Source: Candidatus Parcubacteria bacterium
GTDB taxonomy: Bacteria; Patescibacteriota; Minisyncoccia; Phycocordibacterales; UBA918
Length of the DNA stretch: 64,000 nt
Reading direction: 5' to 3'
Assembly (NCBI GenBank): GCA_046050355.1
Contig: JBJOPW010000002.1
Span: forward strand, 62,028 to 126,027
Shown: in pieces, positions 29,494-39,682 of the stretch
How positions within the stretch are numbered: position 1 is the stretch's first letter
How the letters are laid out: every line of letters starts with the position of its first letter
The notes under the pieces: model-generated
Databases searched by the model: none
What the model was told of the DNA's origin: nothing
What the model saw: the letters and a program-made list of their open reading frames with translations, nothing else
Program-made: the position numbers and the translations under genes

Positions 29494-30933
29494 ATGGCAG
29501 ACAAAAAAGCCCGATATATTACCACCACCTTACCGTATGTGAACGCGGACCCACACATCGGTTTTGCGTATGAAATTGTAAATGCCGATGCACTCGCTCG
29601 GTACTGGCGCCTGATGGGGGACGAGGTATTTTTTAATACTGGTACCGATGAGCACGGGCAGAAGATTGCCCAGAAGGCTGACGAAAAAGGCGAGAGTCGC
29701 CAGGCCTATGTCGATCACTACGCGGGCGAGTTCAAGCGTCTTGGTGATGCCCTCAATCTCTCTTTTGATGCCTTCATCCGTACCACTGATGCTGGTCATG
29801 TGGCTGCAGCGCAAGAAATCTGGCGCCGCTGTGTCGCACAAGGCGATATCTACAAAAAGTCTTATAGTGGTCACTACTGTGTTGGGTGTGAGCTGTTTTA
29901 TAAGCCCGAAGAGCTCCTCCCAGGTAATGTCTGTCCGATTCACATCACCCCGTGTCAGGTGATTGAGGAAGAGAACTATTTCTTCAAACTTTCAAACTAT
30001 CAAGCGTACCTCGAGGAGTACCTTAGTCGCGAAGGAGTCATCGAGCCTGAGTGGCGTCGCCAAGAAGCGATTAACTTTGTAAAAGCTGGACTCGAAGACT
30101 TTAGTATCTCGCGTGAGAAAGCACGCCTTGATTGGGGTATCCCCGTGCCGGGTGATGAGAACCAAGTGATGTACGTCTGGTTTGATGCCCTCACAAACTA
30201 TATCTCGACTCTCGGCTGGCCCGATGAGTCTGGTGCCTTTGGTAAGTTCTGGCGCGACGGGGAGGTGATGCAAGTGGCCGGCAAAGACCAGGTGCGCTTC
30301 CAATCAATTATGTGGCAGGCAATGCTGAAGAGTGCGGGAGTGAAGGCAACCGATAAGGTGGTCTACCACGGCTTTATCAATAGTGGGGGACAGAAGATGA
30401 GTAAGTCCTTGGGGAACGTCATTTCACCATACGAACTGATTGCAAAATATGGTACCGACGCAACGCGGTACCTCCTCCTTCGCCACGTCCATCCCTTTGA
30501 TGACAGTGATGTCACCTGGGAGAAACTCGATGAGTGGTATACCGCCAACCTCGTAAATGGCCTTGGTAACCTGGTCGCCCGCGTGATGAAGATGGCGGAG
30601 ACGCATCTTGATACTCCAGTTGAACGACCAGAAGCAATCGACTTTGCATCAGAGTACACCGACGCATTTGCTGCATATAACCTCCAGCAGGTTTGTGACT
30701 ATGTTTGGTCACGAGTGGGCGCACTTGATGAGCGTATCGCTACCGAAGAACCGTTTAAACTCGTAAAGGTAGATAAAGAAAAAGCCCAAGCTATCATCCG
30801 CGAATTGGTGCTTGAGGTCTACAGCATTGGTCGTTTCCTTAATCCACTCATGCCAGAAACCAACCGTATTATCAAAGAGACCGTTCTCGCGAACCAGAAG
30901 CCAGAAAATCTTTTTACTCGTCTCGAATCCTAG
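29494..30933 (+). CDS. metG: Methionine-tRNA ligase
   Basis: YITTTLPYVN..PHIG, GTDEHG, Zn knuckle, YVWFDAL, KMSKSLGN. Confidence 0.97.
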   Translation: MADKKARYITTTLPYVNADPHIGFAYEIVNADALARYWRLMGDEVFFNTGTDEHGQKIAQKADEKGESRQAYVDHYAGEFKRLGDALNLSFDAFIRTTDAGHVAAAQEIWRRCVAQGDIYKKSYSGHYCVGCELFYKPEELLPGNVCPIHITPCQVIEEENYFFKLSNYQAYLEEYLSREGVIEPEWRRQEAINFVKAGLEDFSISREKARLDWGIPVPGDENQVMYVWFDALTNYISTLGWPDESGAFGKFWRDGEVMQVAGKDQVRFQSIMWQAMLKSAGVKATDKVVYHGFINSGGQKMSKSLGNVISPYELIAKYGTDATRYLLLRHVHPFDDSDVTWEKLDEWYTANLVNGLGNLVARVMKMAETHLDTPVERPEAIDFASEYTDAFAAYNLQQVCDYVWSRVGALDERIATEEPFKLVKVDKEKAQAIIRELVLEVYSIGRFLNPLMPETNRIIKETVLANQKPENLFTRLES

Positions 30934-30936
30934 TCT

Positions 30937-31578
30937 ATGAAAATCTTTGTTTTTGGAGACAGTATTACCGAGGGTTACTTTGATACTGACAGTGGCGGTT
31001 GGTGCAATCGTCTTATTCAGTATGTAATGAAAAAGGAGTTAGAGACAGATTTTTCATACAATCGGCAAGTTTTCAATCTTGGTGTGGCGGGGAATACGAG
31101 CACTGATATCGTGGCAAGAATGGAGTCAGAGATTGAATCGAGATGTAAAAAGACTTCAAGTGAAGAAAAGGTTCTCATGATTGCTGTTGGCGTAAACGAT
31201 AGCCAATACAATGTTGATACCAAAGAGACTAAAGTTCACATAAACCAGTTCGAGAATAATGTTCTCGAAATGATTAAAATTGGAAAAGAGCATCAAGCCA
31301 AGATTGTTGTGATTGGTCTATTACCTGTAGTTGAAAGATTAGTTCAACCAATGCCTTGGAAGCCGACACATGCTTACAGCAATCAAATGATCGATGTATA
31401 CGATGATAAGCTAAAGGTAATTGGCGAAAACAACAGTTGCTCATTTATAAGTTTACAAAACATTTTTACAGATGACGTTGAGTCGTATTTTGTAGATGGG
31501 GTACATCCAAATGAAAAGGGACACGCACTTTTGGCAGAAAAAATTCACGAGGCATTAAAAATAGAATCAATTTTGTAA
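30937..31578 (+). CDS. SGNH/GDSL hydrolase
   Basis: FGDSITEG, NLGVAG, GVND, DGVHPN. Confidence 0.92.
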   Translation: MKIFVFGDSITEGYFDTDSGGWCNRLIQYVMKKELETDFSYNRQVFNLGVAGNTSTDIVARMESEIESRCKKTSSEEKVLMIAVGVNDSQYNVDTKETKVHINQFENNVLEMIKIGKEHQAKIVVIGLLPVVERLVQPMPWKPTHAYSNQMIDVYDDKLKVIGENNSCSFISLQNIFTDDVESYFVDGVHPNEKGHALLAEKIHEALKIESIL

Positions 31579-31579
31579 T

Positions 31580-31828
31580 ATGACTACAACTGAAACAATT
31601 GAAGAACGAAATCGTCGAGTAGAACTTGATAAAGCCTGGGAGACCAGCAAGACACGTCGCTTCTGTATTGCCACTGTTACATATATGATCGCAACATTAT
31701 TCATGTGGCGAATCGGTGTACCAGATCCGTTCATCAATGCACTCGTGCCAACTGGTGGTTACCTACTCTCCACACTCTCATTACCTTTTATTAAAGCGTG
31801 GTGGGTTCAGCGATATGGAAACAAATAA
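31580..31828 (+). CDS. Small membrane protein
   Basis: ERN.RVE.DKAWETS.TRR followed by two hydrophobic segments. Tightly coupled to its neighbours. Confidence 0.7.
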   Translation: MTTTETIEERNRRVELDKAWETSKTRRFCIATVTYMIATLFMWRIGVPDPFINALVPTGGYLLSTLSLPFIKAWWVQRYGNK

Positions 31829-32411
31829 ACCACAAGTCGTATTCATACACGGTGGGGATGCTATCCGTGATCCGGAAAAGCTCTACCGATTACTGAAGAA
31901 CCGGTCATTTAATCCGTACGAACAAAAGAAAAAATGGCGAGACGAACTCATAGAGCATATTGAAAGTGATTTTGAGTGCCATACACTCTCGATGCCAAAT
32001 GCGTTTTGGGCAGACTACGAAGCGTGGAAGATTTGGTTTGAAAAAATGCTACCATACATGCGTGATGGCATTATCCTGGTCGGACACTCGCTTGGTGGGG
32101 GATTTCTCTTGCGATACCTCGGCGAAAATACCTTGCCAGTCCGAGTAGCGCAGGTACACCTCCTGGCACCAGTGGTACTTGAGCTCGAAGACTGCGAAGG
32201 CTTTTTGATTGATGTCGACACCTGGTCAGGTTTCAAAACTGCCATAGACGCCGTACATGTCTGGCACTCAATGGACGATAACCTCGTGCCAATTGCCCAT
32301 AGTGAGAAGTTGATAGAACTCTACCCGGCAGCTCATTTTCATCCTTTCACCAACTACGGACATTTTCTCATGGAGTCATTTCCAGAATTGGAAACCGTTA
32401 TCACAACATAA
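31815..32411 (+). CDS. Alpha/beta hydrolase (YdeN/RBBP9-like)
   Basis: FIHGG, GHSLG nucleophile elbow, HS.DD.LVP, GHF. Confidence 0.85.
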   Translation: METNKPQVVFIHGGDAIRDPEKLYRLLKNRSFNPYEQKKKWRDELIEHIESDFECHTLSMPNAFWADYEAWKIWFEKMLPYMRDGIILVGHSLGGGFLLRYLGENTLPVRVAQVHLLAPVVLELEDCEGFLIDVDTWSGFKTAIDAVHVWHSMDDNLVPIAHSEKLIELYPAAHFHPFTNYGHFLMESFPELETVITT

Positions 32412-32412
32412 T

Positions 32413-32946
32413 ATGCGACACTTAATTGTATTACCGGGGAATAGTCAAAAAAATAAAGCCTGGGGCGAATTGATGCTCGAGCACTACGCTCCAGAGTTTG
32501 ATTCATCGTTCATGCTTGAGTACGATCATTGGGAGAGTGAGAAGACCACTATAGATTTTGCCCGAGAAGAAGATAAGCTCCGTACTCACGTAGCGACACT
32601 GCCGTCAAATACTGATGTTGTACTCTTTGCGAAGTCAGCGGGATCACTTTTGGCTTTCCTGGCTATCCACCATGGAGCTATTACACCAAACTACTGTGTC
32701 CTCTTTGGGATTCCATTTGACCTAGCGGCAGATAATCTTTTCAAAGATCATTGGTCACCGGTTGATAGTTTTGGAGTCAAAGCGATCGCGTTTCATAATC
32801 TGGCCGACCCGACCACCAGCTACGAGTTCACCAAGTCGATACTTGGTACACACGCTCCACAGATCACACTTATTACCACTAATGAAACGGACCATTGGTA
32901 TGGAGATATTGCTACATATAGTCCATCTATAGCTGCACTCTTGTAA
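32413..32946 (+). CDS. Minimal alpha/beta hydrolase
   Basis: VLPGNS, AKSAG elbow, N..DP and a C-terminal His. Confidence 0.7.
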   Translation: MRHLIVLPGNSQKNKAWGELMLEHYAPEFDSSFMLEYDHWESEKTTIDFAREEDKLRTHVATLPSNTDVVLFAKSAGSLLAFLAIHHGAITPNYCVLFGIPFDLAADNLFKDHWSPVDSFGVKAIAFHNLADPTTSYEFTKSILGTHAPQITLITTNETDHWYGDIATYSPSIAALL

Positions 32947-32954
32947 ACAATTCT

Positions 32955-33800
32955 ATGAAATACATTGACACCCATGCCCATCTCAATCTCGCGGCCTTCC
33001 ACGATGATGTGGATGCCGTGGTGGCACGCTGTGTCGCTGAGGAAGTCGGTGTTATCAATATTGGTACGAAGCTCACGACAAGCCTACGGGCAGTAGAGCT
33101 TGCAGCACGCTATGACAATATGTATGCGATAGTCGGGCTCCACCCGATTCAGACGGTGCCCGGCACTCATGATGAGGATGAGATAGGGGAAGGTGGGCAA
33201 CCGTTTATTAGTCGAGGTGAGACATTTGATGTGGCTGCTTTTCGTGTGCTCGCACAGTCACCAAAGGTAGTCGGGATAGGTGAGTGCGGTTTTGACTACT
33301 GGCACTGCCCAAAGGAGACATACGAAATCCAGGAGACGGCTTTTCTCGAACAGATCAAACTCGCTAACGAACTAGAGTTACCGCTCATGATCCACACCCG
33401 CGGGCCAAAGCCAGGGGAGGAGAGTCCAACAGGCCGGAGTGTCTACGAGGATGTCTACGAGATATTGAAGAACCATGCCAAGGTGCCGTTTAATGTGCAT
33501 TTCTATGCTGGTACTGTTGAAGAAGCTAAGGCGTTTATCGATATTGGCGGCACCGTCTCATTCACTGGTGTGATTACCTTCGCAAAAGCCTACGAAGAGA
33601 TTATTAAAGCGCTCCCGTTCGATAAGATTCATGCTGAGACGGATTGTCCGTATGTGGCACCGATACCGTATCGCGGACAACGCTGCGAACCATGGATGGT
33701 CAAGGAGGTATATAAGAAGATTGCGGCAATCAGAAGTGAAGACGAGGAGGTGGTATACGGCACACTGCTCGAGAATGCCAAACGCTGGTATAAGATCTAA
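32955..33800 (+). CDS. tatD: TatD family DNase
   Basis: DTHAH, GLHP, IGECGFD, IHTR, ETDCPY. Confidence 0.95.
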   Translation: MKYIDTHAHLNLAAFHDDVDAVVARCVAEEVGVINIGTKLTTSLRAVELAARYDNMYAIVGLHPIQTVPGTHDEDEIGEGGQPFISRGETFDVAAFRVLAQSPKVVGIGECGFDYWHCPKETYEIQETAFLEQIKLANELELPLMIHTRGPKPGEESPTGRSVYEDVYEILKNHAKVPFNVHFYAGTVEEAKAFIDIGGTVSFTGVITFAKAYEEIIKALPFDKIHAETDCPYVAPIPYRGQRCEPWMVKEVYKKIAAIRSEDEEVVYGTLLENAKRWYKI

Positions 33801-33888
33801 AACTGCCAAACTGGCCGGGAGTTGATTTCACATAGTTTTGCTTTTTGTTTCTAGTATACTTTGAGGAGGTATTACATAATCATTAACT

Positions 33889-35679
33889 ATGGAACTATTA
33901 ATTGTGTTGGTGGTTGGATATGTCTTTATTTTTCCAATCTACCTGTTGGTACGTCTCAATCAACTTAGTCGTGAGGTAAAAGAGTTACGCGAGGGTCGTA
34001 GTCAGGGGACACCCGCAATTAGTAACAGTGCCACGATACCGTCGACGCCATTACCAACAACCCCGGTAGCGCCGGCATCAACAGTGACTCCAATACCGGA
34101 AGTCAGCCACCTTGCAGTCGGCTTACGTCCACAGCCGGTCTTAGTTCCGAACGCAGTAGCCAGTACTGCCAATCACCAAGGATTTGATTTGGTTGCCTGG
34201 TTCAAGAAAGACCTATTGGTAAAGGTCGGCGCACTGCTGCTCCTTATTGGCTTTGGGTGGTTTTTGAGTTTTGCCTTCAGTAATGGACTCATTGGTCCCC
34301 GCGGACAAATATCGCTTGGTATTCTCGCGGGCATCATTTTCATGGTGGTCGGGGTATGGCGCTTATCACGTTCGGTACACCAGGCTGGTATCTTTGTGAT
34401 ACTGGGCTCGGGGATTGTGCTCATGACGGTCTTTTCGGCTCGACTCATTTATGACTTCTTTACTCCAACCACGGCACTGATTACGATGTTTATGTCAATT
34501 GCGCTCGTTGCCTTTGTAGCGGTGCGAGCTAAGAGTCAAAACATCGCCATTGTTGGGTTACTCATGGGGGCGGCGGTACCATACCTGACCTATACGCCAG
34601 AGCCATCAGTGATTGGACTCTTTGCGTATCTGGCAGTGTTGGTGCTTGGTAGTCTTTGGGTGATGTTCCAGATCAAGTCCGAATGGTTGCTGTTCGTGGC
34701 GCTGTCGATTGTCTTTCTCTTTAGTGCTCCGTATATGGAGTACGGCACCGGGGATGATTCAATGATTGTACTCTTGTTTAGCTTTGGCTTTACGCTCATC
34801 TTTTTCCTTGGCAGTCTGGTGTCGTTTATCCGTCGTCAGGCCGTTGCAGCACATGGTATTCATATGATTACCGCGGCTGGTACTGGACTCTACTTGGCGA
34901 CGAGTATCACTGCTATGGCGCCCGAATCGTGGCAGGCATCACTCTACGCGATGTGGATGGTCGTATTTGCGACCGGAGCGTTCCTCGTATTTCGGTTCGC
35001 AAACGACCGTATCCCGTTTTATGTCTATAGCGCGGTGAGTATTGGTCTCTTGGGTGCTGCGACCGCTTCGTTACTTGAAGGGTATGCACTGACCATTGCC
35101 CTCACGCTCGAGATTACCGCCGTTGTATCGCTCGCAGCTCTCTTTACCAAAGAGCAGAAGATTACTCAGAGTCTCTGCTTCTTGTTTGCGCTCCCAGTAC
35201 TGCTGTCGGTGGAGAGTATTACTGCTTCCAATTGGAACAGTGGCTTTCTACACTCTGACTTCTTTGTGCTGGCGTCACTTATCCTAGGGCTCGCGTTTGC
35301 AGCTTCGCTACTCAACACCCAGTACCGTCGTGGGGTGCTGATTGATGCTTCAGCTGCGCAAGCCCTTGCTGGTTTTGCTGGCGGGTACGGGGTCATCTTG
35401 GTGTGGCTTATTACTCATAGTGTCTTGACTGATGACACGGCCACCCTTGTGTCGTTAGTGTTGTATACGCTTACCGGTATGGCGCTCTACATCCGCGGCG
35501 TCACCATAGCGAGCAGTCAGCTCAAAGTCTGGGGTGGGATACTCATTGGTTTGGTCGTCGGCCGACTTCTCCTTATCGATGTGTGGGACATGGATATCGT
35601 TGGTCGTATCATCACGTTCTTCGTGATTGGCTTACTCCTCATCTCAACGGCGTTTATCCGAAAGTTTAATCAATCATAA
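33889..35679 (+). CDS. DUF2339-like multi-pass membrane protein
   Basis: N-terminal TM and Pro-rich linker, KVGALLLLIGFGW, C-terminal RIITFFVIG. Confidence 0.75.
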   Translation: MELLIVLVVGYVFIFPIYLLVRLNQLSREVKELREGRSQGTPAISNSATIPSTPLPTTPVAPASTVTPIPEVSHLAVGLRPQPVLVPNAVASTANHQGFDLVAWFKKDLLVKVGALLLLIGFGWFLSFAFSNGLIGPRGQISLGILAGIIFMVVGVWRLSRSVHQAGIFVILGSGIVLMTVFSARLIYDFFTPTTALITMFMSIALVAFVAVRAKSQNIAIVGLLMGAAVPYLTYTPEPSVIGLFAYLAVLVLGSLWVMFQIKSEWLLFVALSIVFLFSAPYMEYGTGDDSMIVLLFSFGFTLIFFLGSLVSFIRRQAVAAHGIHMITAAGTGLYLATSITAMAPESWQASLYAMWMVVFATGAFLVFRFANDRIPFYVYSAVSIGLLGAATASLLEGYALTIALTLEITAVVSLAALFTKEQKITQSLCFLFALPVLLSVESITASNWNSGFLHSDFFVLASLILGLAFAASLLNTQYRRGVLIDASAAQALAGFAGGYGVILVWLITHSVLTDDTATLVSLVLYTLTGMALYIRGVTIASSQLKVWGGILIGLVVGRLLLIDVWDMDIVGRIITFFVIGLLLISTAFIRKFNQS

Positions 35680-35686
35680 ATCACGT

Positions 35687-36862
35687 ATGTTTCGTCCTAT
35701 TGTAATTCTCGTACTCACGCTCCTCATTATCGTAGCGCCTGTCTACGCTGCACCGCGTGAAGATGCCACTGCCTTTCGTACCATCTTTGCGCTTGCGCCA
35801 TTAACGATCACCTTGCCGTCAGTGGTTGAGGTCGATCTCAGTCAATACTCGTTTTCTAGTGCTGAGTTTATGGTCTATGAGGTGGGATCAAATGCGTGGG
35901 TCACGCCAACATATCGCAATCAATCTGAAACACTTCGAAACAAACCGGTGGTTACTGATTCAGATACTGGTAATAGAATCCCGGCATTAACAGACAAAAA
36001 CCAAGCCACCCCCTACACCTTTCAAGTAGCCGGCAATCAGATTAGCACGGTAACGTTGAATTTCACGTACTCGAAGCCGATTACTGCCGGACAGCTGGTC
36101 CTAGATCTAAGTCAAAACGTCCAGTTGCCGCGTACGGTGATGATCAGTGTGGGGGACGGGGACAATGAGCAAGTAGCGCTCGCTACTACAGCTGTCACCG
36201 GTAGAACTATAGTTTTCCCAAAACTCACGGGGACAGTGTGGAAAGTAACTTTTACCCATAATCAACCACTCCGTATCAGCGAACTCACGTTTGTGGATGA
36301 AGCGGCGCCACAGCAGATCACCAAGTCACTGCGCTTCCTGGCACAACCTGGTCAGTCGTATGTAGTGTATGCCAATCCCGACCGTCCAAACACCGTGCAA
36401 GGGCGGGAGAGTGGCAATGTGTGGGGCAACACCGTCGTGCCAGTGCCAGTTCAAGTATTGTCGAGCAAGGACAATCCCTATTACGTACAGAAAGATTCTG
36501 ATAAGGACACCGTTCCCGACGAAGCTGACAATTGTCCCTTTATCGCCAACCTTGACCAAATCGACGTGAATGCTAACAAGCAGGGTGATGCCTGTGAGGA
36601 CTTTGACCAAGACGGTGCCATGAACAATACCGATAACTGTCCTGATTTACCAAACCGCTACCAAGCAGACAAAGATAGTGATGGTATTGGTGACGAGTGT
36701 GATGACGATGAGAGTCGCCTTACCGAGAAGTATGCTTGGCTACCGTGGGTAGCTCTTGGTGCGGCACTCCTCACTATCGTTGGCATGTTTGTGGTTGTCT
36801 CCAGGCGTCCGCTTCCAAGTGAACAAACGGCAGTCAGTGATAATACCACCACCATGCTGTAA
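35687..36862 (+). CDS. Surface protein with thrombospondin type 3 Ca-binding repeats
   Basis: Signal peptide, DSDKD..PD..DNCP and DKDSDGIGDECD repeats, C-terminal TM. Confidence 0.82.
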   Translation: MFRPIVILVLTLLIIVAPVYAAPREDATAFRTIFALAPLTITLPSVVEVDLSQYSFSSAEFMVYEVGSNAWVTPTYRNQSETLRNKPVVTDSDTGNRIPALTDKNQATPYTFQVAGNQISTVTLNFTYSKPITAGQLVLDLSQNVQLPRTVMISVGDGDNEQVALATTAVTGRTIVFPKLTGTVWKVTFTHNQPLRISELTFVDEAAPQQITKSLRFLAQPGQSYVVYANPDRPNTVQGRESGNVWGNTVVPVPVQVLSSKDNPYYVQKDSDKDTVPDEADNCPFIANLDQIDVNANKQGDACEDFDQDGAMNNTDNCPDLPNRYQADKDSDGIGDECDDDESRLTEKYAWLPWVALGAALLTIVGMFVVVSRRPLPSEQTAVSDNTTTML

Positions 36863-36872
36863 TGAAAGGTAA

Positions 36873-36913
36873 AAACAAACGCTCGACACTGTAAGTGTCG
36901 AGCGTTTGTTTTT
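36873..36913. terminator. Bidirectional terminator between convergent genes
   Basis: aaacaaacgctcgacact/agtgtcgagcgtttgttt inverted repeat. Confidence 0.8.
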
Positions 36914-37838
36914 AATCAAAGATCTTAATGAGATACTCGTCGATTTTGCGCTGGTCCCAGTCGTAGAAGTGAGCCTCGTCGCGTTTGAGGTCTGAGGCCA
37001 AGTCTTCACCGACAAAGCGCCAGTGCCATGGTTCGTAGACATAGTAGGCGTTACCTTCAGGGTAGGAGAGCGTGAAGCCATACTTATGGGCATTTTCCTT
37101 GAGCCATGCATAGGCTTTGGTGTCACCAAAGCCACCAAGACTACCACCAAGGTCGGGCGTAGAAAAATCGAGGGTGGTGCCGAGTTGATGTTCAGAGTAA
37201 CCTTGATCGGCAGAGAAAGTGTTCGCACCACTACCATACGATTGGAGGTAGGCACCTTTGAGGTCGGCTTGCGTTTCAAACGAACGATACGCTGAGACTA
37301 CCGTAAGTTCAATATCGTCACGTTTAGCGGCTGCCAGCAAATCGTCGAGAAATGGCAGAGCATCGGTGTGGAAGTACTGTTCTTTACGACCGGGAGCCAG
37401 ATAGTCACTGTCGATAACCTTTAATTTTGAGGGGATGTAGTTTTCATTGAGGAAATACACCTTTGAGTATTTTTGGAGCAGTTCTTCGTCGGTCTTTGAG
37501 AGCTTATCAAGTCGTCCGACGGTTCCTGAGATTTTTTTGATTTGCCGTTCGAAGGCATCATTCTTGGCTTCTTCCTGTTCGAGTTTGGCGATAAGATCAT
37601 TGCGCTCGAGCGTGAGCGCAGCAATCGAACTACTAGCAGACTCTGCTTCGGCCACCCGCTGGTCAGTTGAAGAGGCGACTTCAAGCAGGAAATAGTTGCG
37701 TTCTTGGAGGAGCATGAGGACACGCTCGTGTTGCGTGTAGCTGTAGTACCCGAGTCCACACAGGAGTGAGAGGAGGACACCGGAGAGTCCCGCCAAAGCT
37801 GGGACAAGGAGACGATGGGCGGACTTTTTGCTTTCCAT
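36912..37838 (-). CDS. M15B / VanY-like D-Ala-D-Ala carboxypeptidase with TM and coiled coil
   Basis: SAYRS, SEHQLGTTLD, YEPWHWRFVG. Confidence 0.9.
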   Translation of the reverse strand: MESKKSAHRLLVPALAGLSGVLLSLLCGLGYYSYTQHERVLMLLQERNYFLLEVASSTDQRVAEAESASSSIAALTLERNDLIAKLEQEEAKNDAFERQIKKISGTVGRLDKLSKTDEELLQKYSKVYFLNENYIPSKLKVIDSDYLAPGRKEQYFHTDALPFLDDLLAAAKRDDIELTVVSAYRSFETQADLKGAYLQSYGSGANTFSADQGYSEHQLGTTLDFSTPDLGGSLGGFGDTKAYAWLKENAHKYGFTLSYPEGNAYYVYEPWHWRFVGEDLASDLKRDEAHFYDWDQRKIDEYLIKIFD

Positions 37839-37960
37839 GTTCCGTATTGTAGCATGGAAACCCGACTTGAATCACCGCTCACTTTGTGGTATTGTTCTGC
37901 CGTTATTAGAAGCTGGTGTGCCTGTAGTGATACAAAGCTACAAACACCAAACAATTACAT

Positions 37961-38473
37961 ATGAACGATACAAACATGCCAGTTACCGAGGCCGGTCGTG
38001 AGCCAGTGGCTTACGAACTCGCCTACCACGTACTTCCAACGGTAGCTGAAGGGGAAGTAGATAGTGTCACCGCCGAGGTGAAAGCGTTTATTACAAAAGC
38101 GGGGGGTCAGATTTTTGACGAGGAGGTCGCTGAGCGCTTCGAACTTGCCTACGAGATTGAAAAATACCTCGAAGGACGATACCGCCGCTTCAGTAGTGCG
38201 TACTTTGGTTGGGTGCGATTCCGTTTGGATCCAGCCGCCCTGGCTGCGGTACAGGAAGAGATCGATACCCACAAAGCGTTGCTTCGTACCCTCACGATCC
38301 GCCTTACCAAGACCGAAGAAGAGAACCCATTTCGTTTTCACGAAGCATTGGCTGACCTCAAAACTCGCAACGTGACCATTACCGATGAAGAGGTGGTTGA
38401 GGTTGAAGAAGTGGTGGAGGGTGACGTCGAGGCAGTAGAGGGTGACGAAAAGACTGAAGAAGTGGTAAAATAG
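37961..38473 (+). CDS. rpsF: 30S ribosomal protein S6
   Basis: YEL, LAYEI.K, acidic tail, upstream of ssb. Confidence 0.88.
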   Translation: MNDTNMPVTEAGREPVAYELAYHVLPTVAEGEVDSVTAEVKAFITKAGGQIFDEEVAERFELAYEIEKYLEGRYRRFSSAYFGWVRFRLDPAALAAVQEEIDTHKALLRTLTIRLTKTEEENPFRFHEALADLKTRNVTITDEEVVEVEEVVEGDVEAVEGDEKTEEVVK

Positions 38474-38500
38474 TCCTACTATTCAATAACCACACACTGT

Positions 38501-38938
38501 ATGTACCTTAACAAAGCGATGATTTATGGGAATTTGACCCGTGATCCAGAGATGAAAGCACTCCCTAGTGGTATGCAAGTTTGCTCGTTTTCGGTGGCTA
38601 CAAATCGTACGTATACTGACCGCGATGGCAAAAAACAAGAATCAGTTGATTATCACAATGTCGTCGCCTTCGGCAAGCAGGCCGAAGTCATCGGTAAGTA
38701 TCTGGCCAAAGGACGTGGTATCTACGTCGAGGGCCGGATGCAAACCCGCAGTTGGGAAAAAGATGGTCAAAAACAATACCGTACCGAAATCATCATGGAT
38801 CGCTTTGAATTTGGTCCAAACAGCAATAGTGGAGGAGGGGCCAGTGCGCCAGCCGCAAATAATAGTGCACAGCAGTCAGCACCGGTGCTCCCGGATTATC
38901 CAGAGGAGGAAATCAACCCTGAAGACATCCCATTTTAA
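38501..38938 (+). CDS. ssb: Single-stranded DNA-binding protein
   Basis: LNKA.I.GNLTRDPE, C-terminal EDIPF. Confidence 0.98.
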   Translation: MYLNKAMIYGNLTRDPEMKALPSGMQVCSFSVATNRTYTDRDGKKQESVDYHNVVAFGKQAEVIGKYLAKGRGIYVEGRMQTRSWEKDGQKQYRTEIIMDRFEFGPNSNSGGGASAPAANNSAQQSAPVLPDYPEEEINPEDIPF

Positions 38939-39058
38939 AGTCTAGATATACGGTATCTACGGCGTTGCAGTTCAGTCAAATAACAGTCAACGTACAAAAG
39001 TACGCCTCCCGTTATTTGCTTCCTGCGCCTGGTATCTACCGCATCCTAAACTTTAAAA
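38933..39058. repeat. MITE-like element with imperfect terminal inverted repeats between ssb and rpsR
   Basis: Left end ttttaaagtctagatatacggta, reverse complement of right end ttttaaagtttaggatgcggta, plus internal stems. Confidence 0.5.
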
Positions 39059-39114
39059 TAATTGGAAAAATAAAACTTGAAATCCCGTTCAATTATTAGA
39101 CTCATACAAATATT

Positions 39115-39327
39115 ATGGAACAAACAGAACGACACAATATTCACAAGAAGGCGAAGATGGAACATATCGATTACAAAGATATCGTTCGTCTCGGACACCA
39201 CGTGAACCCGCACGCGCGCATGAACAGTCGCAAGCGCACTGGCTTTGGTGCCAAGCAGCAACGTGATTTTGCCAATGCGATCAAGCGCGCTCGCTTTATG
39301 GCCTTGATGCCATACATTGCTCACTAA
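39115..39327 (+). CDS. rpsR: 30S ribosomal protein S18
   Basis: IDYKD, QQR..A.AIKRAR.MALMPY. Confidence 0.95.
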   Translation: MEQTERHNIHKKAKMEHIDYKDIVRLGHHVNPHARMNSRKRTGFGAKQQRDFANAIKRARFMALMPYIAH

Positions 39328-39404
39328 CAGAAAGCCCATAAAAACACCTGCGGATATTGCCCGTAGGTGTTTTTAGGTGTAGCATATGGGGAGGAGGTGT
39401 ACCA

Positions 39405-39614
39405 ATGCCCAACACGTTTTTTCCTGGGCCGATCTACGTTCTGGTGTCTGCTCTAGGTCTGCTCCTTTTCTTCGTTCTTTTGAAGGTGGCTGGGGTGTCG
39501 AATGCAATAGTGAGCATACTTATGATCATTGCGATCGTGGTAGTGCTGATACCGTTCGTTCGAGCGCTCCAGAGACTGTCACGCGCGCCTGTGTCAACAA
39601 AAGATCGAGCCTAG
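39405..39614 (+). CDS. Small 2-TM hypothetical protein
   Basis: Strong GGAGGAGGT SD, two hydrophobic helices, flanking hairpins. Confidence 0.55.
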   Translation: MPNTFFPGPIYVLVSALGLLLFFVLLKVAGVSNAIVSILMIIAIVVVLIPFVRALQRLSRAPVSTKDRA

Positions 39615-39682
39615 CCGAAAACGAAAAGCCCGCAGACTACCGCGGGCTTTTTCACTGCTTGTTCTTTCGGTAGCGTCTGGAG

